Shown here: piece by piece, positions 30,120 to 40,729 of the stretch
Position numbering within the stretch: position 1 is the first letter of the stretch
How the letters are laid out: the number at the start of each line of letters is the position of its first letter
DNA from: Candidatus Latescibacterota bacterium
GTDB taxonomy: Bacteria; Latescibacterota; UBA2968
Direction of reading: 5' to 3'
Assembly: GCA_965207885.1 (NCBI GenBank)
Contig: OZ242311.1
Location: 1,248,001 to 1,312,000, forward strand
DNA: 64,000 nucleotides
Position numbers and translations under genes: made by a program
The notes under the pieces: model-generated
Databases searched by the model: none
Told to the model about the DNA's origin: nothing
The model's input: only the letters and a program-made list of their open reading frames with translations

Positions 30120-31895
30120 TTATTCCCCGTCTTCTTTTAAACTTCTATCCCCCACCGGAGCCTCAACGCGAACCGTTACTATATCCGCATCGTGATACTG
30201 CTGATGGCGCACAGACGAAGTGAAATGCTGAAGCAAACGCAGCGAGATTTCATGCTCGACCGGCATCTCGTCTGTATGTTCTCTGAGATAGGCCATTCGG
30301 TCCTCAATATTTTCCTCACCAGTCGAAGCGATAAACTCGAGTTCTGCGCCATTGCTTCCATCGCTACGTATAATTAAAAGCAGGCGTTTCTCCGCTTGTT
30401 CGCCCTCCCCTTGCTGAATGAGAATCAGAAGGGTTTCTTCGGCAGACAGACAGAGACGATTTGTCATCTCGGCATCCCAGCCTCTGCGCGAAGCGAACTT
30501 TTCGAGGAATGCCGTGATTTCTGGCAAAGCCTCGACAGCGAGCGCCGTCTCAATGCGCTGCCGGCGCGGTGCTGTCAACTCCATAAACAGCGTCAGGAAA
30601 ATCGCCGTGAGACCGCCAGCCGTCATCCCATTGCCGAGCAGTGCCCCCCACCACTCTCCAAGATATTCCGCAAAAATGGCCTGATCCTGAAACCCCACAC
30701 CAATCCAGAATGCGACGCCCGCGATCATCGCCTTGCGATAATCTACCCCATCCTGGACGATAATCCGCATACCCACAACAAAGAGAAGAGCCAGCAGCAC
30801 CGTCACATAGGCTCCGACCACGGGATTGGGGATTGCCAGCAGAAGTGCCGACACCTTGGGAATAAAGGACGCCACCACAAATACGATGCCAATACACACT
30901 CCGACGCCGCGTGCGGCAACGCCGGTGAGTTCTGTGATTGAAACACTTGACGAGTAGGTCGTATTTGGAACTGTCCCCGCAATACCGGAAAGCAAGTTGC
31001 CCACGCCATCTGCGGTAACTGCGCCCTGCACCGCTCGAAAATCGGGCGCGCGAGGCGTACGCCACGAAACCTTCTGGATCGCGATAGAATCCCCTATTGT
31101 TTCGATAGCACCGACCAGGGTCACAAATATGAAAGCGGGAAGAAGCGACCAGAAAACAGGACCAAAGCTGAGGTCAAAACCCGGCCAGCCACCACCTGCG
31201 GGAAGCCCTATCCATGGAGCGTCGATAACGCGCTGGATGTCGTACAGCCCAAAAAACGAAGCGACAATACACCCCACGACAATCCCTATAATCGGCACCC
31301 AAAGACGCCACATACCCGAAACCCGCAACGCGAGCACGACCACTACGAACAGGGTTGCAATAGTACATGTGGGCGCGGCAGTCGAGGGCGTTCCTTCGGG
31401 CACATCCCCCAACATATCAAAGACAATCGGCATAACGGTCACCGCGATCAACATGATCACCGTTCCCGCCACGGTTGGCGTAATGATTCGCCGCAGCAAC
31501 GAGAGCCGCGTCGAGAGCGCGAATTGGAACAACGATGAAATGATGACCAGGATTGCGAGCATCGCCGGACCGCCCTGGGCAAGTGCCGTCACGCAAACCG
31601 CGATAAAAGCGCCAGAAGTACCCATAAGGAGGATGTAGCCAGCACCAATGCGTCCAACGCGCACAGCCTGCATCACTGTGGTCAACCCGCTGACCAAAAG
31701 CGCGGCAAAAACCGCCCATGACAGATAAGGCTCGCCCCCACCCGCGGCCCTCACCACGATGACCGGCGTAATTACAATGCCCGCAATACAGAGCATGGCA
31801 GCCTGAAAACCGAGTGCGAAAGCAATGGTATTTGGAGGCCGCTCATTGGGTTCGTAAAGCACACTCTGGTCGCGGCGGTCAGTCTCAGATTGCAT
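30120..31895 (-). CDS. NCS2 xanthine/uracil permease with an extra C-terminal RsbW/HATPase-like domain
   Basis: GTSGAF, TPTVAGTVI, ETIGD, ADGVG and PNTTYS NCS2 motifs; about 140-aa soluble tail. Confidence 0.85.
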   Translation of the reverse strand: MQSETDRRDQSVLYEPNERPPNTIAFALGFQAAMLCIAGIVITPVIVVRAAGGGEPYLSWAVFAALLVSGLTTVMQAVRVGRIGAGYILLMGTSGAFIAVCVTALAQGGPAMLAILVIISSLFQFALSTRLSLLRRIITPTVAGTVIMLIAVTVMPIVFDMLGDVPEGTPSTAAPTCTIATLFVVVVLALRVSGMWRLWVPIIGIVVGCIVASFFGLYDIQRVIDAPWIGLPAGGGWPGFDLSFGPVFWSLLPAFIFVTLVGAIETIGDSIAIQKVSWRTPRAPDFRAVQGAVTADGVGNLLSGIAGTVPNTTYSSSVSITELTGVAARGVGVCIGIVFVVASFIPKVSALLLAIPNPVVGAYVTVLLALLFVVGMRIIVQDGVDYRKAMIAGVAFWIGVGFQDQAIFAEYLGEWWGALLGNGMTAGGLTAIFLTLFMELTAPRRQRIETALAVEALPEITAFLEKFASRRGWDAEMTNRLCLSAEETLLILIQQGEGEQAEKRLLLIIRSDGSNGAELEFIASTGEENIEDRMAYLREHTDEMPVEHEISLRLLQHFTSSVRHQQYHDADIVTVRVEAPVGDRSLKEDGE

Positions 31896-31898
31896 CGT

Positions 31899-32915
31899 TC
31901 AAATCCTTTCCTTAAGCAACTCATCGCCATAAGCAAATAGCGCAGGTGTCCCACCGGTATGCACAAACACAACTGTTTGATCCCTGCGATACCATCCCTC
32001 GCGGATATGCTCAATCATTGCACCATAGGTTTTGCCCGCATAAACGGGGTCCAGCAACAACCCTTCGGTTTGCGCGGCCAATAATACGGCCTCTTGCGCC
32101 CCGGGCGTCAGTACACCATACGCCGGTCCCGCGTATTTGCCATAACTCTCAAAATCATCTGCCGTAAAACTCAGATCCAAATCCAGAATTTTACACACCT
32201 CATTTGCCACCTCGGCGAGTTGCACATTCTTTTTGGCATCATCCTGTGGACTTGGACTTATGCCAATAATCCGCACATCAACACCCAGTGCTCTTGCCCC
32301 AACGACAAGCCCGGTATGCGTATGCACACCCGCACACACATAGATGGCATCGGGTATCACATCCATTGCCTGCACCTGCTCCCACAATTCCAAAAACCCA
32401 TCCACATAAGACACGCTGCGATAATAATACCCATCCGAACTCGTATTATAGACCCTGTGTCCATCGGTCTCTAACTTTTCAATGACGGCTACCTTCTCCT
32501 GCTCGCTCTCAATCAAATGCACCTCTGCGCCAAACAGATGCGTGAGCAACAAATTGCCATTCACGGGATCTGCATGGTCATCCTTGCGCCCCACCATCAC
32601 CGCCTTCAGACCCAGCCTCGCCGCAACCGCTGCGGTCAACCGCGACTGATTCGACTGCGACGCCGCGCCGTGAAGCAACACATCATATCCTTCATCCACA
32701 GCGGGTGCTACGGAATATTCAAACTCGCGCACCTTATTCCCCCCAAACGCCAGCCCCGTCTGATCCTCGCGCTTGACCAGAATGCGCGGTCCGCCCAGCT
32801 TTGCCGCCAACCTCGGGCAATCCATCAACGGCGTGGGCAAATCGGCAAGCGACAATCGGCTGCACGTCCCCAACGCCTCTCGAACCTCTCGAATCGAATA
32901 GCTCAAGGGTATCAC
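31899..32915 (-). CDS. D-cysteine desulfhydrase / ACC deaminase family PLP enzyme
   Basis: LPTPL, KREDQTGLAFGGNKVR, QSNQ, EGLLLDPVYAGK and HTGG motifs. Confidence 0.88.
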   Translation of the reverse strand: MIPLSYSIREVREALGTCSRLSLADLPTPLMDCPRLAAKLGGPRILVKREDQTGLAFGGNKVREFEYSVAPAVDEGYDVLLHGAASQSNQSRLTAAVAARLGLKAVMVGRKDDHADPVNGNLLLTHLFGAEVHLIESEQEKVAVIEKLETDGHRVYNTSSDGYYYRSVSYVDGFLELWEQVQAMDVIPDAIYVCAGVHTHTGLVVGARALGVDVRIIGISPSPQDDAKKNVQLAEVANEVCKILDLDLSFTADDFESYGKYAGPAYGVLTPGAQEAVLLAAQTEGLLLDPVYAGKTYGAMIEHIREGWYRRDQTVVFVHTGGTPALFAYGDELLKERI

Positions 32916-32923
32916 TCCTCTTT

Positions 32924-33970
32924 TTAATTTTCTAATTCAACCGCCTGAAGCAGGGCCTGGATAAAGCCAAATTGAAAGGCAAATGCCTGTTCGAAATGCC
33001 CTTGCGCAGTGTGGCCTGGCGCGTGATCGGGAACAATCATGTGTGGATAGCCCACTTCCTTGAGCGCTTTCATCAGGACAAACATATTCATATCGCCCTC
33101 ATCCGGATAAACCTCCTGAAACTTGTTGCGCCCACCCGTTATATTGCGGAAGTGGATGAGGTTAATTTTTTTTCGCTTCCCAAAATAGCGAATAATATCG
33201 GCCACCTCATTGCGCGGATCCACAACGCTCTCCGCCATGCAACCGAGGCACAGATTGAGACCGTGATAAGGACTTGGGCAAATATCTATAAAACTCTTGA
33301 ACCCATCGTATCCACCCAGCACGCGATCAACACCTTTGTAACCCGGCGGCAACCAGGGATCGCACGGGTGACAGGCCATACGCACTTTGCATTCGGTGGC
33401 AACGGGAATAACGCGCTCCAAAAAAAACGTAATATTTCCCCAGTTCTGTTCCGCTGTAACCGGTTCATCATACCGCGACGTATCCGCATCGGCCTTAGAC
33501 AAATCCCACGTGGAATAGCGCACATCCCCTCGCCCGAGCGGAACGCTTTCAGTACGTTGATTTTCCATTTCGCAGAGAAAATACTTCAGCGCGGGAATAC
33601 CCGCATCTGCGGCAGCCCGCACCATATCGCAGGCGATCTCGATTTCTTTTTCCCCGTCTTTCCTATTCCCGCGCATAAACTCGGGCACAAAACTGCCATC
33701 GACATTCAGATGTTGCACCGGCAATGCCACCATTTCCACGGTAATACCGTGTTTTGCAGCTTTTTCTTTTTTTTCTACAATTTCTTCCACTGTCCAGCCG
33801 CGACTCGGATCTGACGTAATTTCTCTGGCGTCATTGAGCGCCATATTTGTAACGCCACATCGCGCGAGAAATTCGAGATGCTCATCCGACGTGGAAAAAC
33901 GCTGTGTACCAATGTGCATGCGCGGATTCTCCGGATCCCATTCTACGCCTGCATACATTTCGGCTGCCAT
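32924..33970 (-). CDS. Mannonate dehydratase (UxuA) family protein
   Basis: FLERVIPVA, MACHPCDP, HFRN, YPDEGD and PDHAP motifs. Confidence 0.8.
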   Translation of the reverse strand: MAAEMYAGVEWDPENPRMHIGTQRFSTSDEHLEFLARCGVTNMALNDAREITSDPSRGWTVEEIVEKKEKAAKHGITVEMVALPVQHLNVDGSFVPEFMRGNRKDGEKEIEIACDMVRAAADAGIPALKYFLCEMENQRTESVPLGRGDVRYSTWDLSKADADTSRYDEPVTAEQNWGNITFFLERVIPVATECKVRMACHPCDPWLPPGYKGVDRVLGGYDGFKSFIDICPSPYHGLNLCLGCMAESVVDPRNEVADIIRYFGKRKKINLIHFRNITGGRNKFQEVYPDEGDMNMFVLMKALKEVGYPHMIVPDHAPGHTAQGHFEQAFAFQFGFIQALLQAVELEN

Positions 33971-34155
33971 GGTCAAATCTCCTCAATCTTCACACTTTTT
34001 GTATCTTTGTGTCCTTGTGTCTCTGTGTGAGGCCCTCTCACGCCTTATGATAATGCAAGAAATTCTGGATAGCAACATGATTGGGGATTGTGAGAGGTGT
34101 AAAATTGTTGTATCTTCTCACTCCTCAAGTCCACCCCTATAAACTGGAGCTTTTT

Positions 34156-35394
34156 ATGCGAGTCGAAATCAACAAACACGCCCTGGATCGCGTGCCGATC
34201 TCGATAATTTTTGATGACTCGACTGTACTGGTAAATCTGAACTATTTTTTCATGCGAGACCGCCAGGCTGTAGATGGCACGGATTATCGCTGGGAAGATG
34301 TACCTGTGGTACATCCGGAATCGTTCACGCGCGAATTTGCCGAGTTCTGCTTGGAAAACGATGTAAAAGGCAAATTCAGTGTGGTCCCATGCCCCGCTGC
34401 GATTGGGCGAATAGACCATGGACTCCCCCTGTTCTCCAAAGCGCAGCAAGAAAGCTGGTTGGCGATGTGTCGGGAACTGATTATGCCCAACTACGACATC
34501 ACCCCGGAAATGATCACACACACCTTTGTGGTAGATCTGGAAACATTGCAACCTGTTGATCCAAACTTGTGGGAACAATGGGGATGGAACAATCTGCCAA
34601 CCGACGAAGAAGAGCGGGTAACAAATTATATCGCGCTGGCGTGTGAGATCTTGCACAATGTGGGCCTGACACCTGCAGGTGTCACAAGCCCGGGAGGATT
34701 TGGCAATCCAATAGACTTTTATGCAAAATGTGCGGAAAACGCCGTGCGAAGCGTAACGGGCAATCCAACACCGTATCTATTTAAGCGCGTATCGTCCAGT
34801 GGTCCGGTAGATTGCCCGGTGTGGTATCCCAAACCCGAACGCGGCGAAGCAATGGGTGAAGTGATCGCAGCGACGGGTGACCGCACGGGATCGTGGACCG
34901 GATATGGCGAAGTAGATGTAGATTATTACATCTCATCGGATCTTCAAGGTGGGCGTTTGCCCGAAGTCATCGACGCGGGCGACCCTGCCGTGATGATCAG
35001 CCACTGGCAGGGATTTTACGGAATACACAATGAAGACCACCGCGGGTTTCGGGCGTTTCAGACCATTGTGCGGCGGCTCAAAGAACGCGACCCCAATGGC
35101 GAGAAATCGCAATGGCGCAAATGCAGTGAAATTACCAATTATGCAATCGCGCGCGAAATGGCTGATGTCGCGGTAGAAGAAAAAATAATAACACTCGATT
35201 TACCCGTACAGGTGCCCGAATTCACATTGCGATTGCGCGATATAACAGTTGCAGGCGTAAAAATAAACGACAAACCCCTGACACCCGCGCTGACGAAAGC
35301 GGCCTTTCGAGATGGCACATTTTATCGAGATGGCGATATAACACTGGTAGCTTTCACGCCCGAAGGCCGAAATGTCAGAGTTGAAATAGAATAA
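34156..35394 (+). CDS. Hypothetical protein (polysaccharide-deacetylase-like N-terminus)
   Basis: SIIFDD, KGKFSVVP, PEMITH and GVTSPG motifs; long ORF with codon usage like its neighbours. Confidence 0.65.
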   Translation: MRVEINKHALDRVPISIIFDDSTVLVNLNYFFMRDRQAVDGTDYRWEDVPVVHPESFTREFAEFCLENDVKGKFSVVPCPAAIGRIDHGLPLFSKAQQESWLAMCRELIMPNYDITPEMITHTFVVDLETLQPVDPNLWEQWGWNNLPTDEEERVTNYIALACEILHNVGLTPAGVTSPGGFGNPIDFYAKCAENAVRSVTGNPTPYLFKRVSSSGPVDCPVWYPKPERGEAMGEVIAATGDRTGSWTGYGEVDVDYYISSDLQGGRLPEVIDAGDPAVMISHWQGFYGIHNEDHRGFRAFQTIVRRLKERDPNGEKSQWRKCSEITNYAIAREMADVAVEEKIITLDLPVQVPEFTLRLRDITVAGVKINDKPLTPALTKAAFRDGTFYRDGDITLVAFTPEGRNVRVEIE

Positions 35395-35407
35395 CTGGAA
35401 AACAAGA

Positions 35408-37483
35408 ATGACAAAAGCAAAACTCAAACGAGAAATCGGCTTACTCGGCGTCTATGCCATAGCAACGGGCACGACCTTGAGCGCGGGATTCTTTTTATTG
35501 CCAGGACTGGCTGCCGAACAGGCCGGTGCGGCCATCGTACTGGCCTATATCGTCGCCGCTACGCCACTCGTACCCGCGATGTTCAGCATTATAGAACTGG
35601 CAACCGCTATGCCCCGCGCGGGTGGCGTGTATTATTTTTTAGACCGGTCACTCGGACCCTGGATGGGCACGCTTGGAGGCATTGGCACCTGGCTGGCACT
35701 CGTATTAAAAGTATCATTCGCACTCGTGGGCATGGGAGCGTACATCGCACTTTATGTACCCGAGTTGCCAATGACCCCCGTAGCCGTCGCAATTGCGGTT
35801 GGACTCGGCATACTGAATTTATTGGGCGCGCAGAAAAGCGGTGGATTTCAGATGGCACTGGTACTGGGTTTGTTGATGATCCTGGGGATATTTATCGGAG
35901 GAGGCGTACCCAATATTGAACAGGCGCGATTGACCGCGATATTCGAGGCAGATGTCCAGACGATTTTATCCACAGCGGGCCTGGTCTATATCAGTTATGT
36001 CGGCGTGACAACCGTAGCGAGTTTATCAGAAGAAGTAAAACATCCCGAGCGCAATTTGCCTCTGGGCCTCATCTTCTCATTGATCACAGCCGTTCTGGTC
36101 TATGCTCTCGGCACGGGCGTCATGGTCGGTGTATTGCCGCTCGAGCAACTGGTGGGAGATTTAACGCCCGCTGCCTCAGCAGCCAAAGCCGTATTTGGCG
36201 ATTGGGGCGCAATAATCATCTCCCTGGCAGCCCTCCTCGCCTTTACATCGGTTGCCAATGCCGGAATGCTTTCGGCTTCTCGCTTTCCTCTGGCAATGAG
36301 CCGAGACCACATGATGCCGAGACTTTTTCAGCATTTAAATACAAGAGGCGCACCCGTTCAAGGGGTATTGGTTACCATGGGCGTAATTGTTTTAATCCTC
36401 ATCTTTCTCGACCCAACCAAAATTGCCAAATTGGCCAGTGCGTTTCAATTATTGATGTTCGCGCTGGTATGCCTGGCGGTAATTGTCATGCGCGAAAGCG
36501 GATTGGCTTCCTACGACTCGGGATATCACTCACCACTGTACCCGTGGATGCAGTTATTCGGCATGTTAGCGTCGTGTACCTTGATTGTCCAGATGGGCTG
36601 GTTACCATCCCTATTTTCTGTCGCGCTGATCCTGCTGGGAACGATTTGGTACTTTAAATTTGCCCGGGACAAGGTCAACCGAGACGGCGCAATTTACCAC
36701 ATGTTTGAACGCTGGGGACAAAGGCGACACACCGGCCTGGATGTCGAACTGCGGAGTATCCTGAAGGAAAAGGGATTGCGCGACGAAGATCCCTTCGAAG
36801 AGATCGCAGCGCGAAGTTTGGTCATCGATCTGGATCGCCCGGCCGAATTTGAGGATATAGTCCGACAGGTATCGAAATGGTTATCGGATCGCGTACCACA
36901 CACCGTAGATGAAATCGAGAAACAATTGCTGGACCGCACGCATATTGGATCGACACCCGTGACACACGGCGTGGGATTGCCACATCTGCGAATTGATGGA
37001 ATCGAACACTGCGAAATGGTCCTCGTGCGATCACTGCCGGGTATTCACATCCAATTTACAGATCCACTGACCGAGCACGAAGTAGAAGCGCAGCTAACCG
37101 CGCTCTTTTTCTTATTCAGCCCAGAACACGACCCGTCACAGCACCTGCGTATCCTGGCACAAATCGCGCGGCGCGCAGACGATGAAAACTTCTTGCGCGA
37201 ATGGCACTCTGCCAGCGATGAAGTCGAGTTAAAAGAAGTCCTGTTGCGCGACGAAGCCTTTTTATTATTGACATTGCGCCGCGATCGCGCAACCGCCGAC
37301 CTCATTGGCCGCGCCCTGATCGAGACAGATTTTCCAGAAGGCTGTCTCGTGGCAATGTTGCGGCGTGGCGGGCGCATGGTGATTCCCCGCGGCAATACCG
37401 TACTGCAAGAAAATGATCGATTGACAATTTTGGGAAATAATGAAGGCTTGCGCAACCTCGAAGCGCGATTTGGCGGGCGGTGA
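35408..37483 (+). CDS. APC amino acid permease fused to PTS EIIA(Ntr)-like and TrkA-C domains
   Basis: GTTLSAGFFLLPG, ELATAMPRAGG and EEVKHPERN (APC); STPVTHGVGLPH...HLRILAQIA (EIIA); RRGGRMVIPRGNTVLQEND (TrkA-C). Confidence 0.88.
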   Translation: MTKAKLKREIGLLGVYAIATGTTLSAGFFLLPGLAAEQAGAAIVLAYIVAATPLVPAMFSIIELATAMPRAGGVYYFLDRSLGPWMGTLGGIGTWLALVLKVSFALVGMGAYIALYVPELPMTPVAVAIAVGLGILNLLGAQKSGGFQMALVLGLLMILGIFIGGGVPNIEQARLTAIFEADVQTILSTAGLVYISYVGVTTVASLSEEVKHPERNLPLGLIFSLITAVLVYALGTGVMVGVLPLEQLVGDLTPAASAAKAVFGDWGAIIISLAALLAFTSVANAGMLSASRFPLAMSRDHMMPRLFQHLNTRGAPVQGVLVTMGVIVLILIFLDPTKIAKLASAFQLLMFALVCLAVIVMRESGLASYDSGYHSPLYPWMQLFGMLASCTLIVQMGWLPSLFSVALILLGTIWYFKFARDKVNRDGAIYHMFERWGQRRHTGLDVELRSILKEKGLRDEDPFEEIAARSLVIDLDRPAEFEDIVRQVSKWLSDRVPHTVDEIEKQLLDRTHIGSTPVTHGVGLPHLRIDGIEHCEMVLVRSLPGIHIQFTDPLTEHEVEAQLTALFFLFSPEHDPSQHLRILAQIARRADDENFLREWHSASDEVELKEVLLRDEAFLLLTLRRDRATADLIGRALIETDFPEGCLVAMLRRGGRMVIPRGNTVLQENDRLTILGNNEGLRNLEARFGGR

Positions 37484-37498
37484 GTCCCTGCAACGAGA

Positions 37499-39043
37499 TC
37501 ACCCGTAGAGACGGCCAACAGTCTCGGGGTGTTTGCGAGCCTCGCGCATGAGGCGATTGCCCCATGTTGTGGGATATTTTCCCGTGACGCACCCCAGACA
37601 CAGGGTATCTGTTTCACACCCAATGCTGGAACCCAGATCGGGGACATCGAGGTACCTCAGGCTATCGACATCGAGATCGATAGCCATTTTTTTTAGCGTT
37701 TGTGTGCTGGGCAAACCGCGGTATCGCACCGGAACGTGTTCGGGGGCAAAGAGTTCGTCCAAAGTGGACATATCAATGCCGTAAAAACACGGCGCAACAA
37801 TGGGCGGACAGGCCACGCGCACGTGCACCTCGGTCGCGCCGCCGATATCGCGCACCTGATGGGCAAGGGTGCGAAGCGTGAGGGAGCGCACAATAGAATC
37901 TTCCACGAGGAAAACGCGCTTGCCCGATAAAACAGAAGCCAATGACGTGTATTTGCTCTTGGCACTCTGCGAGCGAGTGGTTTTGGGCTGGATAAAAGTG
38001 CGCCCCACATAGCGATTGCGAATCACACCTTCCATACAGGGCATATTCAGGTGGTGGGCATAGGCATCGGCTGCTGCTTTGGCCGTATCGGGAACGGGCA
38101 CAACCACACATGAATCGTCAATTTTCTGGCTTTCTTTCTCGGCCAAAATACGACCGGCCTCAGCGCGAGAAGTATAGACGCTGAGGCCATCAATTTCACT
38201 GGCAACATTGGAAAAATAGACCCATTCAAAAAAGCAACGAGCTGTTTTTTTCGGTTCCGTATAGCGCGCAACGCGCAAGTCACCATTTTCGACAATCACC
38301 ATTTCGCCGGGTTCGAGCCATTTTATATCGTTAAAACCGAGGTTAGAAAGAGCCGTTGATTCATTGGCTGCGGCAAAGAGATGGCCTTTCACCCCCCAGC
38401 ACATGGGATGCAAACCGAGCGGATCGCGCGAGACGAACATGCGCCCCGAGGCATCGAGAAAAGCGATATTATAAGCACCGTCAAAATCGCGGGAAAGCGA
38501 GCGCATCACATCGGCCAGATCGGGTGGGTTTTCACCTTTCAATCGATACGCCAGGGTGTGCATGATAATTTCGGTATCGATATTGAGGGTAAAGTGATAC
38601 CCCTGCTTGGACAACAGGCGTTCGCGCAACAGCGTGTAATTGGCCAGATTGCCATTAAAAGCCAGACTAAACCATTTCCAAATACGCCCGTGCTGCCGTT
38701 CAAAGGGCTGTGCATAGCCCACATCGTCTTCGCCACTCGTAGCATAGCGCGTATGTCCAATCGCAGCAATCCCTGCATATTGGTTGATAATAGACTGGAA
38801 TTTACCGGGATGCGACATGCGGAAGGCTTCGGTAACACCACCCAGATCTTTAAACGTGCGCAACAGGTGATCGCGATTGGGGTGATAGGCGCAATACCCC
38901 GCGGCGAGTTGTCCCCTGTTTTGGAGGTCGAGCAACATACTCGGCATAAGTGACGCAACATTTTCAAAATCATCGGTATCGCCGTTTCCCTTGAGCCAGT
39001 AGAGGGCTGCCACGCCGCATTCGTGGCCGATATCTTCGCTCAT
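37499..39043 (-). CDS. purF: Amidophosphoribosyltransferase
   Basis: ECG N-terminal nucleophile, LQNRGQ, GHTRYAT, CFFEWVYF, NRYVGRTFI, VEDSIVR and PCFYGIDM. Confidence 0.93.
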   Translation of the reverse strand: MSEDIGHECGVAALYWLKGNGDTDDFENVASLMPSMLLDLQNRGQLAAGYCAYHPNRDHLLRTFKDLGGVTEAFRMSHPGKFQSIINQYAGIAAIGHTRYATSGEDDVGYAQPFERQHGRIWKWFSLAFNGNLANYTLLRERLLSKQGYHFTLNIDTEIIMHTLAYRLKGENPPDLADVMRSLSRDFDGAYNIAFLDASGRMFVSRDPLGLHPMCWGVKGHLFAAANESTALSNLGFNDIKWLEPGEMVIVENGDLRVARYTEPKKTARCFFEWVYFSNVASEIDGLSVYTSRAEAGRILAEKESQKIDDSCVVVPVPDTAKAAADAYAHHLNMPCMEGVIRNRYVGRTFIQPKTTRSQSAKSKYTSLASVLSGKRVFLVEDSIVRSLTLRTLAHQVRDIGGATEVHVRVACPPIVAPCFYGIDMSTLDELFAPEHVPVRYRGLPSTQTLKKMAIDLDVDSLRYLDVPDLGSSIGCETDTLCLGCVTGKYPTTWGNRLMREARKHPETVGRLYG

Positions 39044-39052
39044 AAAAATCTC

Positions 39053-40156
39053 CTATCCCAATGCCTGATTCTGCATATAATGAATCCCAGCAACGATTTC
39101 TTCGCGCGTCACATCATCTCGTGGCACAATTTTCCCAATCCGCTCGGGCAATACAAAGCGGATGACACCGTCCCGCGCTTTCTTATCGCTTGCCATTCGC
39201 GCCAACACCTCATCGACCTTCAAATCGGGCACACCCCTGGGAATGCCCAAACGGGCAATAAGTGCATTTTGCCGCTCAAACGCATCTTGCGACCACATCT
39301 CCTTTTGCACAGCAATATACCCTGCAGCCAGCATCCCCAAACACACCGCCTCGCCGTGTTTGTAATAATCGTAATGCGTCACCACTTCCAGGGCGTGTCC
39401 CACCGTATGGCCGTAATTCAAAATTTCGCGCAAGCCCTTCTCGGTTTCATCGGCGGCCACAACACCCGCCTTGATGCGACACTGTTGGGCAACGAGCCAA
39501 TTGATCTGATCCGCAGGCAGGCTTAAATTTACCGCACCCTCAATACAATCTTCCAAAAACGCCACCAGACCGAGATCGCGTATAATCCCGTGCTTGACCA
39601 CCTCTGCCATACCTGCTCGCACTTCGCGTTTGGGCAAAGTATCAAGTGTAGCCGTATCGATCAACACCAACTTTGGCTGGTGAAAAGCACCGATCATGTT
39701 CTTTCCCAAAACGTGATCAACAGCTGTTTTGCCTCCCACACTGGCATCGACCTGCGCTTCCAGTGTCGTGGGCACCTGCACAAAATCGACCCCCCTTAAA
39801 TACGTCGCAGCGACAAAACCAGCCATATCGCCGACCACACCACCGCCCAATGTCACAATACAGGATTTCCGATCCATTCCCGCCGCGATCAAATCGCCAT
39901 AGATCTGCGAGGCCGTCTCGAGCGTCTTGTATTGCTCCCCATCGGGCACAGTTACGACCACAACCTTCACACCGGCACGCACGAGACTCTGCTGAACCGT
40001 ATCGAGATAGAGCGCGGCAACCGTCGGATTGGTCACAATTGCCGCTGTTTCTCCCAACCCGCGTTCCGCATACAAATCCCCCAAATCGCGCAAACAATTG
40101 CGACCGATTAAAATATCGTAACTTCGATCAGCTAAATCAACCGTCACTATTTCCAT
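39053..40156 (-). CDS. aroB: 3-dehydroquinate synthase
   Basis: GGGVVGD, PTTL.AQVDASVGGKT, KNMIGAF, LNYGHT and HGEAV motifs. Confidence 0.96.
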   Translation of the reverse strand: MEIVTVDLADRSYDILIGRNCLRDLGDLYAERGLGETAAIVTNPTVAALYLDTVQQSLVRAGVKVVVVTVPDGEQYKTLETASQIYGDLIAAGMDRKSCIVTLGGGVVGDMAGFVAATYLRGVDFVQVPTTLEAQVDASVGGKTAVDHVLGKNMIGAFHQPKLVLIDTATLDTLPKREVRAGMAEVVKHGIIRDLGLVAFLEDCIEGAVNLSLPADQINWLVAQQCRIKAGVVAADETEKGLREILNYGHTVGHALEVVTHYDYYKHGEAVCLGMLAAGYIAVQKEMWSQDAFERQNALIARLGIPRGVPDLKVDEVLARMASDKKARDGVIRFVLPERIGKIVPRDDVTREEIVAGIHYMQNQALG

Positions 40157-40158
40157 TG

Positions 40159-40707
40159 TCAATCCCGATCCAGAACGCGCTGTAATTCAATAAGAGCTGT
40201 CTCTGCTGTGTCTTCGGGCGTGTGATCATTTGTCGAGGTTGCAAACGCATCTGCACGCGCATAAAAACGCTCTCGCTCTGCCATCATCACCTCAATTTTG
40301 TTTTTCAAACCCTCGTCATCCAGCCCGGCCAGCAAGGGCCTTTCATCGCGCTTGCGACTGACCCGTTCAAAAATCGTATCGACAGAAGCGCGGAAACAAA
40401 GACATACACCTGTCTCGCGAATAACCGCCCAATTTCGCTCCTGCGTAATGGCACCACCCCCGAGCGACACGACCACATTGCTCATCTTCGATGCCACGAC
40501 AACCGCCTGGTGTTCCAACTGGCGAAATGCGGTCTCACCGTCTTGTTCAAAAATCTCGGGAATAGTTTTCCCAGCAGCATCGACCAGCAATTCATCTGTA
40601 TCGACAAAGGTCCGCTTCAACCACCCGGCCAAAATGCGCCCAACTCTGGTTTTCCCAGTAGCCATAAAACCGGTGAGAAATATGGGTTTATCAGGTAGAT
40701 CAAACAC
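40159..40707 (-). CDS. aroK: Shikimate kinase
   Basis: GFMATGKT P-loop, GETAFRQLE, LGGG and RPLL motifs. Confidence 0.94.
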   Translation of the reverse strand: MFDLPDKPIFLTGFMATGKTRVGRILAGWLKRTFVDTDELLVDAAGKTIPEIFEQDGETAFRQLEHQAVVVASKMSNVVVSLGGGAITQERNWAVIRETGVCLCFRASVDTIFERVSRKRDERPLLAGLDDEGLKNKIEVMMAERERFYARADAFATSTNDHTPEDTAETALIELQRVLDRD

Positions 40708-40729
40708 AGCGCTCTTCCACTATACGGTA

